Position numbers and translations under genes: made by a program. Of a stretch of DNA of 64,000 bases, positions 36,118-46,462 are shown one piece after another; positions within the stretch are counted from its first letter, which is position 1, and the number at the start of each line of letters is the position of its first letter. The stretch spans positions 968,228-1,032,227 of the forward strand of contig NW_003314330.1 of the NCBI RefSeq assembly GCF_000143415.4, read 5' to 3'. The notes under the pieces were generated by a model. The model was not told the DNA's origin and searched no databases. It saw only the letters and a list, made by a program, of their open reading frames with translations. Source of the DNA: Selaginella moellendorffii (taxonomy: Eukaryota; Plantae; Lycopodiophyta).

Positions 36118-36570
36118 GAAGGAGAAGTCACCGTTCCGGTGTCAAGCCGCGTGTCTTGCAGTGAATGTATATCTGCATCCTGGGTAACCAAAGCCCAAGA
36201 ACGTCAACTTTCTGTTTCAAGTTGGAACTTTTGGTGACCATCCGACGGTTGCAGAGGTACTCTTGCTTTTCCCTTAACTTCGCTAATTTTTGGAATTCAA
36301 GATCATTGTTTTGGGAACTGATGGCCTTTTTCACAATCTCTTCAACGACGACATAATCGAAGTTCTTAAAACATCTCTTTGGGTCCGACCAAGTCAACTT
36401 GAAGGTGAACTCTCGCTGTTGTCGCCAGGCAGCTGCAGCAGACCGTGTAGCTGGGGCGCAGGCCGAGCGTTTGGACAGCCCGTTTGCCAGGGCGGCTGCA
36501 AAGGCGAGAATGAATTGGAGCGGTGGAAAACTAGATGATACCACGGCACTTGTGGCGTTTGTGACGTGAT
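36118..36570 (+). pseudogene. PP2C (PTC7-like) remnant, copy 2
   Basis: IIVLGTDGLFHNLFNDDI; paralogous to 11581-12050. Confidence 0.65.
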
Positions 36571-37048
36571 ATTTGAGTAAGCTCTTCAAGCAGTTTTTGC
36601 GGAGGCCAGTGTAAATTGCTCAGGCCGTTGATTTTTGCGGAGGCCAGTGGAGCAGGGCAAGAAGCCATAATTTGGCTCACACCACTCCTCCTTGGCAGCT
36701 TTCCTGAGCCTCAACACGGACGGAAATCCCGCCTTGTCGACCGATGATCCGCTACTGACGAGCGGCCGCCGCTGCCAAGGAAAAGCATGCGAGCAGCACA
36801 AAGATCGGCAAGATGTAGCCTCTCGCCCTCATGATCGAAGGGTAACCCCCTGGTCGATGGAAAAGGTATCCCTGTGGCGCGGAGCTCTAGATCTGCGCCG
36901 ACTCACCTCGGGTTCTAGAAATCTATAGCGGCAATGCACCCGGCGCCATTGATCGATCGAATCTGATAAGTAGTGGAATATTCTGGTTCCCGTGAATCTA
37001 GGGATAGCGCGTTCAGCGAGTGTGTCGGTGAGCTCTCTCTCTCTCTCT

Positions 37049-37942
37049 TCAAAATGGTCCATTACTTCTTTAACTTGCCTGCCAAGGAAAGGATGGGGTA
37101 CTACTCAACAGATATCTACAAGAGCTTTAGATTCTCCACAGAATCCATAGCAAGTGCAAAGAAAAAGTTTTGGAGCGACTATTTGTTCCAGCACTGTCAG
37201 CCAGCAGTTCACGAGGATGATGTACCAGAAAGTGTTCCAAATTACAGCTACAAACTTTCCTTTCACAGATCTTTTTATTTTACTTTTTTCTGTTTTAACA
37301 CTATATATTCATTATAACAAAGGAAAATTACAAGCAATTACGCCAAGGCTGTGGACGAACTTGCCAGAAAACTATTGCGAATTATTGCTCAAAACCTTGG
37401 TCTAGATTGGCAGATCCTGGAGAAACACTTGGATCCTCCCAAGCAAACCATGAAGATGACATATTATCCAGTGTCCATGCCCTGATCAAGTAATTGGTAT
37501 AGGTTGTCATGCTGATCCAGGAACCATAACGGTGTTACAACAAGAACTTGGAGTTGAGGGCCTTGAGATTAACTACAATGGCCAATGGATTCCTGTGAAG
37601 CCAGTTGAAGGTGCATTAGTCATTAATGTAGCAGACATGCTCCAGGTGAAATAATTTTATGACATTTTCTATGAGCTCTTAGTTTCCCTCTTACAGATAC
37701 TAAGCAACAATAAATATAAGAGTGCGGAGCATCGAGTTCTAGTGAACACTATGAGGCCACGAGTTTCAATTGCTTCATTTTATGGTCCTACAGATGATAA
37801 ACATATTGCCCCACTGGAGGAGTTGCTAGGTGACAATCCTCCCGTGTTCAAAGCATGCTTGTTCAGAGAGTACATGGACAACTTCTACAAGAACCACCTT
37901 GGGACGCGAAACATTGAGAAGCTCAGAATCTTAAACAACTGA
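37049..37942 (+). pseudogene. 2OG dioxygenase copy 3, 5'-truncated
   Basis: Starts mid-exon 2 after a (CT)n run; splice donor GT->CT at ~37248; 2-bp deletion at ~37470. Confidence 0.88.
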
Positions 37943-38210
37943 TGATAGGAAACATATTGTCATGATAATACATTAATCCGATCCTAATATGATTAATATG
38001 ACTGTCTGAAAGCTGTCTTACGACAGAGTTCGTGCGGTTTATTTACCACATTCCTTCATGGGGCTCTTGTTTGCATGTTGCTGTCCAAGAAGGCTGCACA
38101 AGAAAAGCCAAAGTTCTAAGGCTGCACAACTCTTCTGTCTATAAAAGGAGTTTCTTCTTCTCTTGGTAGCGATCGATTATAGCAAGGGAGAGAAGTTTCA
38201 GAGTTGTCCA

Positions 38211-38869
38211 ATGGCTGCATTGTTGAGATCCTTTGTTGTTCTCCTGGTATACATATTAGCTCATTTTTCCAATGATGTTTCTGTGATGAATTCTTTTGTT
38301 TTGTCGTAGCTTGTCGTCGTCACGGTGGAAGCGCGCTCCTGGTCTCCGCTCTACGGCACCAACGCGGGAGTGGGATTCAACGACACGAGTTCTTCCTCGG
38401 CGATCAAAACTCTCACCGCAATCCGCGTACACTACGGCTGGGTGATCGACGGCATCCAGGGACAATACGCCACCGGCAGCTCTTCAACCTGGATGGCTAA
38501 CCACGGCACAACCACGCAATTCACAGAGGTCAGTCGCCCAAAAGAACCAAAATGAGCAGTTTTCTCTTCTCCTAATCATTCCATTCCATGACGCAGATCC
38601 AAGTCGCCTATCCGTCCGAGAGGTTCGTGCGCGCCACCGGCAAGTACGGGCCGTACAGCAGCGAGAAGAACCAGGGGGTCACGGTGACGGAGCTGTCGTT
38701 CGTCACGTACAACAACATCACCGGCAAGAGCGTCACGTACGGCCCGTACGGCGGGCATGAGACGAGCGGCCAGACGAGCTTCCAGACGGCGGCCGCGAGC
38801 GAGATCGTGGGCTTGTATGGATTCACCTCGGACTACATGCGCGGGATTGGTTTTGCGCTCGAGCCTTAG
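38211..38869 (+). CDS. Signal-peptide-bearing jacalin-related lectin, copy 3
   Basis: Same three-exon structure; frames open; C-terminus 3 aa shorter. Confidence 0.8.
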
Positions 38870-39262
38870 AAACTTGGATATAGATGATTAATCATTGAAT
38901 CTATCTATCTACCTACTGTTGTTGATTTACAGTTGAATTTGAGAATGTAACCTCTGTTTGCGCCGATGACGCTGGTAGGTGTAATAATAATAAAGTCAAT
39001 GGAAGTCAAATACAGGTGGAAATGAGATTGTTTGCCGGTACACTCTGGGAATTCACTCGCCAGAGCACCAATACACCACTTCGAGTCCAAAAGCCCATTC
39101 GTTCAATCCAGAGAGGATTATGACTGGATCAATATACCCCCCCCCCTCCCGGATTGGTGGACTTACCACGAGAAAGTCTTTATTGACCTTGACAAATTGA
39201 GTGTAATATTGTTATGAATTGAATAATTACTAATTCTTTCAGATATCAGTGAATAAACCATG

Positions 39263-39775
39263 TCAATATGGTTTCTGGCCTATATAATTTCCTGGTGGAT
39301 CATAATTGCAACTAACAAGGTAAGCATTCATACCATTGCACTGGACATAAGCGCATCCGACTCGAACAGAGTTCTTCCACACAACCTGCGTGTAGTGTCC
39401 ACAGACCTTCCCTGCCGCGCAAGTGTTTGACGCATAGTTGTAGTCGGCTCGCTCGTTCACCCAGGCAGCCACAGCGTCAGTGGCGGGAGGAGCAGGCAAG
39501 CCGGGACTTCCCCACCACTTCCACAGATTCTCGCCATATCTCCCACCCGAGTGGATCAGCGCGCAGTTCTTTTGATCCCGGAGAGTTGCCGCCCAGCTTG
39601 ATGCAAACGCGGCCACTGTATCGCTCCAAACCAGCCCCGAGACATTCACAGCCGACCGAGCTGCGTTGTGCGCGTCGACAAGATCACTCTGCTGGCTTGC
39701 TTGAAGAACAACCAAAGCATCACAAAAGAAGATCGCCAGAGTTGCAAAGAGGAGAGGAGAGCAAGGAGATTTCAT
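39263..39775 (-). CDS. PR1: PR-1/CAP protein, copy 3, intact
   Basis: Same motifs as copy 2. Confidence 0.92.
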   Translation of the reverse strand: MKSPCSPLLFATLAIFFCDALVVLQASQQSDLVDAHNAARSAVNVSGLVWSDTVAAFASSWAATLRDQKNCALIHSGGRYGENLWKWWGSPGLPAPPATDAVAAWVNERADYNYASNTCAAGKVCGHYTQVVWKNSVRVGCAYVQCNGMNAYLVSCNYDPPGNYIGQKPY

Positions 39776-40793
39776 GTTGCTGGGGCGATGTTCACAATCA
39801 AGAGCAAACTCCTACGTTTATATGCAAAGTCGTTGTTCTGATCGAGTTTTTCCACTTGTGGCGCCGACTTAGCGCTTGCGATTGTATACGATTTTTTGCT
39901 GCGACGGTGACCCATGAATCGAGTACGTTTTAGTTTGGTGCTCCATGACTTTAGCCGCCTCTTTTTCTTCCACTGCTCGAGGAGCTTCTCTTCTGGACAC
40001 CCTCTGGATACAAATTCATGGATCTTTCTTTGGCAGTTTCCTCAAGCAACTTGAATCCTCCACATGAATCCATTACCAACACTTCAGTGTTTGCGTGAAC
40101 TAACTGTATCCCACACAAAGGATTCTATTTTGTATTCAAGGCGGTGGTGATGGTCTTTATCTTGGGATTAAAGACTGCAAAGTAAGCATACAAACCATGA
40201 CAGACAGCAGTTGGTCCTTGTCAGCGATTTAAACAGCGAAGCAAACATTCCAGGCTTAGTAATCTAGTCTAATCCTCGAAACCAAAGAAAAGTAAAACAA
40301 AAGAAAAAAAATCCGTGCAATCGCAAATCTCTCACTTGCACATGTTCATCCACCCCAAAGGTTTTTGACACATTATATTACACTGGTTGGTGTGCCAACA
40401 TCGCCAACTTTGAGAGATTTTAAGACACCCCAAAAGAGCAAATCACTCCATCGTCTCTTTTGAATCCATCTTCACTTGAGTGAATCCCAGAGAGAGGAAA
40501 GAGAGAAATTACAGAATTGAGAGAAAATTTTATATAACACACCGGTGGGTAGTCTTGTCTTCTACTCCCAAAAAATCTCCTTGTTCCCTAGTGGGCCTCA
40601 ATCTGTACAGCTTTGTTTTTGTTCTTCCATCGTCACTCTCAAACTTTTCTCAAATCTCTTCCAGTGTGTAGCTTCACAAAACGAAAAAAAGAAGAATTAC
40701 ATTAGAGCCATCAATCCTAAATGCAAAGTAAGCCTCGACACGATCGATCCAAGCCACTGTTTGATCCGATCTCGCATAGTTTTTGCGTTAATC

Positions 40794-42107
40794 TCAGCGC
40801 CCCTGCTTGCTACCACCCCTGCTCTTGTTAAAAGTCCTCAGCGGAGTTAGATAGAATCCCCAATCACTGTGACCGTTACCACTACCATGGGCCGTCGGAT
40901 TCGCCAGCACGGACGACGGGGATTCACTCCGTATCATCCGGCGCCACCCGCCCGTGCTCCGGCTCCTCTGCAGCACGGTCGGGCTGGCACACGTGGCGGC
41001 CGTGCACTTGCGGTCGATGTCCATCAAGGACGCCACGCTGGACCTCGGCCCCGCCACGTACGCGGCACCCCCGTCCCCGCTGTCCTCCACGTCATATGCC
41101 GCGTTGGTAATCACCTTGGTCGCCTCCCTCATGTCCAGCGCGATGAGCGAGGCCACCCGGGGTTCGATTCCCGGCGCCGACGCCCTCGGGGGCTCCAAGG
41201 AGGAGGTCGCAGGGTCGATTCCAGTGGGCGCGCTGGAATGATCGGCTGGAGGATCCCCGAGAGGAGTGAAGCTCTTCTTGATCACGCGCCCCGAGGAGAC
41301 CGATCGGCTGCGCCACAGGCGATCGCGATCGGCGTGCGCGCCGCGGTGGTGGAAATCGTCGTTCCAGGCCTCGGGAGGGAAGAAATTCGTCTCCACGGCG
41401 CCGTTGTGGCTGGACTTCTTCTTCCTCTTGCGCAGCCCAAAGAGGGAGGAGATCCAGGAGAGCTTGCCGCCGCCGCCGCTGTGGTGATGGGGATTCCTGG
41501 CGCCGCGATGATCCCTGTCAACGTGATGAGCCACGGGCGTGGCGGATGCCGATACCAGGGGACTGTGATAGGATCCAGCGGCATTCTTGCAGTTCCGAGC
41601 GGAGGAGAATCCATCCGCTGGAAACCCTCCTTCCCCCCCATTTCTTGAATCGGGAGCGGCGAATCGCGCAAACGCTGGATCCTTGGTGCTGGAGCTCCGC
41701 CGCGGCGGGTGCTGCTGCTGCCACTGCGAGAGAGATTTGGACCTGGGAAGACACGATGGAACGCTCTGCTCTACCTCTTCGTCGTCGTCCTCGTCTCCAT
41801 CCCCCTCTTTCTCTTCTATTCGAGCCACTGCCTCCTCGCTATCGCTCTCCATGAGCGAGAAGATCGTGCCGAGCTTACCGACGACGCTGCCGCTGCCGCA
41901 TTTGCCATTGCCGTTGCTGTCGTCGGTCTTGGAGCACGAGGAGGAATCGAAGGAGCTCCTGGAGGAGGAGGAATTCGGGAGGAGCGTGTGGCTGCTGGAA
42001 GAATCGCCCGAGAGAGAGAGCCGGACGAGGCGATCCCGGAGGCACAAGTGACAAACCCCCACCGGTTGCCTCTTGCTGGGATGAACCAAGCACACCCCTG
42101 GATCCAT
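40794..42107 (-). CDS. DUF740/OCTOPUS-like protein, intronless and largely disordered
   Basis: N-terminal CxxHP...VGVCxxCLRDRL motif, Ser-rich and acidic tracts, C-terminal WGFYLTPLR. First ATG at 42107. Confidence 0.65.
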   Translation of the reverse strand: MDPGVCLVHPSKRQPVGVCHLCLRDRLVRLSLSGDSSSSHTLLPNSSSSRSSFDSSSCSKTDDSNGNGKCGSGSVVGKLGTIFSLMESDSEEAVARIEEKEGDGDEDDDEEVEQSVPSCLPRSKSLSQWQQQHPPRRSSSTKDPAFARFAAPDSRNGGEGGFPADGFSSARNCKNAAGSYHSPLVSASATPVAHHVDRDHRGARNPHHHSGGGGKLSWISSLFGLRKRKKKSSHNGAVETNFFPPEAWNDDFHHRGAHADRDRLWRSRSVSSGRVIKKSFTPLGDPPADHSSAPTGIDPATSSLEPPRASAPGIEPRVASLIALDMREATKVITNAAYDVEDSGDGGAAYVAGPRSSVASLMDIDRKCTAATCASPTVLQRSRSTGGWRRMIRSESPSSVLANPTAHGSGNGHSDWGFYLTPLRTFNKSRGGSKQGR

Positions 42108-43669
42108 CGCCAAATCGATCTAGTAGCAGCGAGCGCGAGAGGGAGAGAAGAAGAAGAAGAATCGATCGATTGCTCCTGGAAATCCCGGCCAATTCGCGCA
42201 AGAACACGCCGCTAGGCTAGATCGTGGCGGTCAAGGCGAGTGAAATCCTCCAGAGAAAAAAATGGAGCCATCCATCTTCACTAGCGTCTAAACCCTAAGC
42301 CAGCCGTTTTACACGCAATTAATCCTAAGCTGCGCCCATTTAATTAACCGCGCGTGGATATTCGCTGCCGCCAGCATCCATTCAATGCCAGATATTCGCT
42401 CCCGGGAGAAATCTGGGCCGTTGGGCCGCGAGTTTTAATTGCCCCTCCTTTATACCTTGGCTGGGCGATGTGTAAATCTCTTAAAAATTCGCTATTCTTC
42501 CGCCTGGCAGCGCTGCGCTGTTGTGGCGACTGTTTGAATGGATCTCCGCGAATTTCTTTTTGTCTGTTGATCCCGAATCGTCACTCGCCACTGGCGTTGA
42601 TTGGTCGCTGTTGCTTTCAGCGGGAAAAATGCTACTACCATCTTCGTCTTCCTTGCTGAGAGATTTGCAAAGACGAGAGAGTGAGCGAGTGGCGGTCGAA
42701 GTCAGCTTAATAACAAAGTGAGTGGTGTGGACGAGCCAAAGTGATGATCGATCCAGAAAAACCAGCGGAGCGAGAGTGTAAATACCCTTGTGATTGATTG
42801 ATCGATCCATTCATCGGTCGCTTCCCTGCTGTGCCGCTGCTACGCCTGTCGTCCTCTTAGCAAGATCACGAGCGATCACCACCTGTAAGCATGCCGTGCA
42901 TAAAAACAACGGAGGAATTCTTTCTCCTGCTTTTCTGTTTGTACCTGTTCTCGATCCAGCGCTGCAGTGACATCACGGACCAGCTGCAGCGAAACTGTCC
43001 ATGGGTCTCCTCAAAATGCCTCTTGTTTGGATGCGCTCGCTTGTTTTCTTCTTTGCGGCTGATAAGTCAAGCAAAAAGATTAGTCAATGCGGAGAAAAGG
43101 AGCAGCGATGCTTACTTGAATATCATAAGTGGATTGGAGTCGGAGTGGTCCCGTAAAGGCCATCGTCACAGATGACAATCGCAGAAGAAATCCTTTTCCC
43201 CGCTCTCACTTCTCCCCTGCCGAAATCAAATCGAGCTCCCAAACCATGGAATCGTTTTCATGTGAGCGCAGCAGCTCCAGCACGTGAAAATCTTCAAGCG
43301 CTCCTGTCTGCGAGTGTGCAGTACCCTTTCCTATACGTACCCAAATTCATGAACTAGAGATCCAAAAACAAATGCCAAGCGAGAGAGGTACTATACCGAT
43401 GCGCAGAGAGAGAGAGCTAGAAATTTATTTCCCTGTGTTGGGTGTGGTCGCCTGCAAATGCCCTGTCCCTCGAGACGAGCACCTTTGGCAACCGCAATTT
43501 TCTGCCTACGCAACAACTGCCTTGAGTCGCATTTACAGGCCATACCGCAAAGCTTGACGCCTTTTGTTTCTCTCACCAGGTATATCACTGTAAAGATACA
43601 AGAGAGAGGAAGGACCGTCAGCAAAGCTTGGTTGCTTTACTGAGAAACTTACGGAGATCTGGCGCTCCT

Positions 43670-44142
43670 TCATTCGATTTGGATCTCTTCGGGACCGCCA
43701 TCGTCCTTGTCCGTGATCGTCTCCAGCTTCTCGTCAGCCTGGAGCTTCGCTGCCGCGGCAGTCTTTTCGATCCAGCCTTTGAGAGGCTCCTCGTTTAAGT
43801 CGAGGCGGAGCATTCCCGCAAAGACGCCACCGAGGAAAGCGATCGGTTCCTGTTAGATAAAACAAGCAGGCTTTCTTTCTCAGACAGTTTTATATAACCA
43901 AAGCGTCGTACCTTGAGAGCTTCCTTCACAATTGGGTCCTCTCTGGGATCGAAAAATGCCGCTACTTTGGTGGCTGGCCTTCTGCTTTGGAGAGCGAATT
44001 TTGGAGTACGACAAAGATCGTGCTGGAATACTGGGAAAACTGCCTGGAACGTAGCAAAATCTTAGCATGAGATAGGAGAAAACCACCAGACAAATCTAAA
44101 TACCTTGTTCATGAAGCAGCTGGAAGAAGATAGGAGAGCCAT
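43670..44142 (-). CDS. UPF0426 plastid protein (At1g28150-like); missed by the ORF track
   Basis: Exons 44142-44104, 44043-43912 and 43849-43670 join in frame: MALLSSSS...DPIVKEALKEPIAFLGGVFAGMLRLDLNEEPLKGWI...PEEIQIE*. Confidence 0.85.
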
Positions 44143-44375
44143 TACGATACCTGTCTACCACAACACAAATATTTCGAGATTTAGATCAATTTTGCTAGAG
44201 AAAAACCATGTACATCGATCGGGCAATGCCAAAGCAAGCAAATCTCTGCCGCATTGGCTGGAAATCACACGCCCGATCGAGGCGGAGCTGCTATCGCTTC
44301 AATGGAACGAGCTAATCGGCACGAAATCTCGCCGGATAGCCAGAGAAGAAGCGTCAATCGATCACATACCTGGTT

Positions 44376-44449
44376 AAACCCTAGTCGCGAGAAAGAATAT
44401 CCACTCTCCTCTACTGGGAAGTTTTAATGCGTCTCTAGGGTTAGGGTTT
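44376..44449. promoter_or_regulatory. Telo-box motifs upstream of the WD40 ribosome-biogenesis gene
   Basis: AAACCCTA at 44376 and TTAGGGTTT at 44441. Confidence 0.45.
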
Positions 44450-44491
44450 ATAGGGAGGAGAGAATTACGGCCTGGAGAGGGCCGTCCTTGG

Positions 44492-46443
44492 ATGGGGCAA
44501 GCTGGCGACGGTGAGAGAAGCTGTGATCGCCTGCTCCAATCTGGATGCTGGCGTGACGGTGTGGGATTTGGCGTCGGGCGTGCCGCTGTCGCACCTCCGA
44601 TCGTGCGCGGCGCCGCGCAATGCCTTGGCGTGTGTTGGACATCATTTCCTGGCGGCATCGCAGATCCACAAGACTGCTAACAATGCCGGCGGCGCGATCT
44701 TCTTCTGGACCTGGCACAAGGTGAGTGAGAGCAGGAATCGATCGATTTCTTCTTGCCAAAATCTCGAATTTGATCGGCCGTTTCATTCATTTTCTTTTCC
44801 TCTGCGTAGAACCAAGTGGCTTTCAAGAGCTATCCCGTGGAGCCGATCGAGCCCCTAGCTTGCACTGCCGATGGAGTTTACTTGGCGGGAGGAGGATCGT
44901 CGGGAAGAATTTATCTCTGGGAGGTGAGACTTCTCTTAACTTCGTGATTCACCCCATGACACGGGATTCTGGCAAAGGTCTCGAGTGGAAGATTGCTGCG
45001 AGTGTGGGCCGGGCACTACAAAGCCGTCAAGTGTCTCGTCTTCTCCGACGATGATTCGCTACTCATCTCTGGTGCCGAGGATGGACTTGTCAATGTCTAT
45101 CCTCTCGTGAGGTAAGTTTGCTCCGATCGATCGAGCTTTTCTCCTTGAAGCTTTCTTCTCATGCTTTCCGGCTTCCTTCCAGGGCCCTGGACAGCATCGA
45201 AGAAGCCGGGGAGACCCAGGTACCTTACATGCACAAATGGTCGGATCACACACTTCCAGTCACTGGATTGCTGGCCGGCTCTGGTGGTTCTAGCGCGATC
45301 ATCGTCTCGTGCTCACTAGACCACACCTGCAAGGTACGTTTCTTTAGCTCTTCGCAGCAGCGTGTTAGTTTTTCCAGCTTACCGCGAGAGTTTGTATAGA
45401 TATGGAGCTTGGCTCTCGGAGCTCTACTCCGGTCGATACTCTTCCCCACTCCCATCAATGCTGTTGCACTTGATCCAGGGGAGTACGCGCTCTACGCCGG
45501 TGGAGTCGATGGCAGGATTTTTATCACGGCTCTAAACTTCGGTGTTCCATCGGGGTCTGGCTTGCATTCCGCGGATGGGCTACTCGGTGCTGACGGGATC
45601 GGCCACAGGTTGTGTGCTTTCTAAAGTTTTGTTGTTCCAATCCACCCGTCCGACTGCTTTTGACTAATCTGGAGTTGTTCTTGATAGAGCAGCCGTGCTA
45701 TTACTGCTCTAGCATTTAGCATGGATGGGGTGTCGCTCGTCTCTGGCTCCGAGGACTGCACTGTCCGGTTGTGGGACACCGTGAGCCGCCAGGTTCTTCG
45801 GACGTTTTCTCACAGCAAAGGTGACCGACCAAAGTTTCTTTTTGTCTCTCCCAACGCAAAAGTTGCTTTGCTTTGCTGGTTTCTTGCAGGTCCTGTGAGC
45901 AGCCTTTTGGTGATACCACGGCCCTCGTCCCTGCTCAGCTCTACAGATCAGCAAGGCCGTCAAATCAACCGTCGCTTACCAACGCTTCCAGTGGTTCCGT
46001 TGAGCAAGTACGTAACAGTCGAGTCAGTGGCACAAGACTTCAAGCCTTGGGAAGGCCCCCCGGTTGTCCTTCCGTTAACTTATCCTGCTGATGACGAGGA
46101 TGCCGAGGGTTACTCTCACAGTATGGTCGCCATGGGAAGACAAATAAGAGAACTAGAGGTAAGAAAGGGTTTTTTGCCTGGATGAGAGACCATTGACGGG
46201 TTTTGATGACAGCAACAAGGCTCCACGGCAGCGATGCAAATGGAGCTGGAGAGATTGCGATCGGAGCTCCGGCGGGCTCTAAACAATGGCCAGCAGTGGC
46301 AGCAATTGCACCAAGAACTTTACTGTTTCTGCGTGGACGAATTGATGGGTGGGAACCGGGACAGGGAAGACGACGACGGAGAGAACAAGGAAAGAACCAA
46401 GGGAAGAGCCAGCAAGGTGGGGGACAAGATGCGTGACAAGTAA
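44492..46443 (+). CDS. RID3: WD40 protein, RID3/IPI3/WDR18-like (pre-rRNA processing), spliced; start codon anomalous
   Basis: VIACSNLDAGVTVWDL, GRIYLWEV, WAGHYKAV, WSDHTLPVT, SGSEDCTVRLWD and a C-terminal coiled coil. Confidence 0.8.
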
Positions 46444-46462
46444 GCACAGATTTTGAGGAGGT

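Noticed and set aside
42400-43650. Possible extra gene or spliced 3' UTR downstream of UPF0426
   Set aside because: Splice-like signals are present but no coherent reading frame could be assembled.
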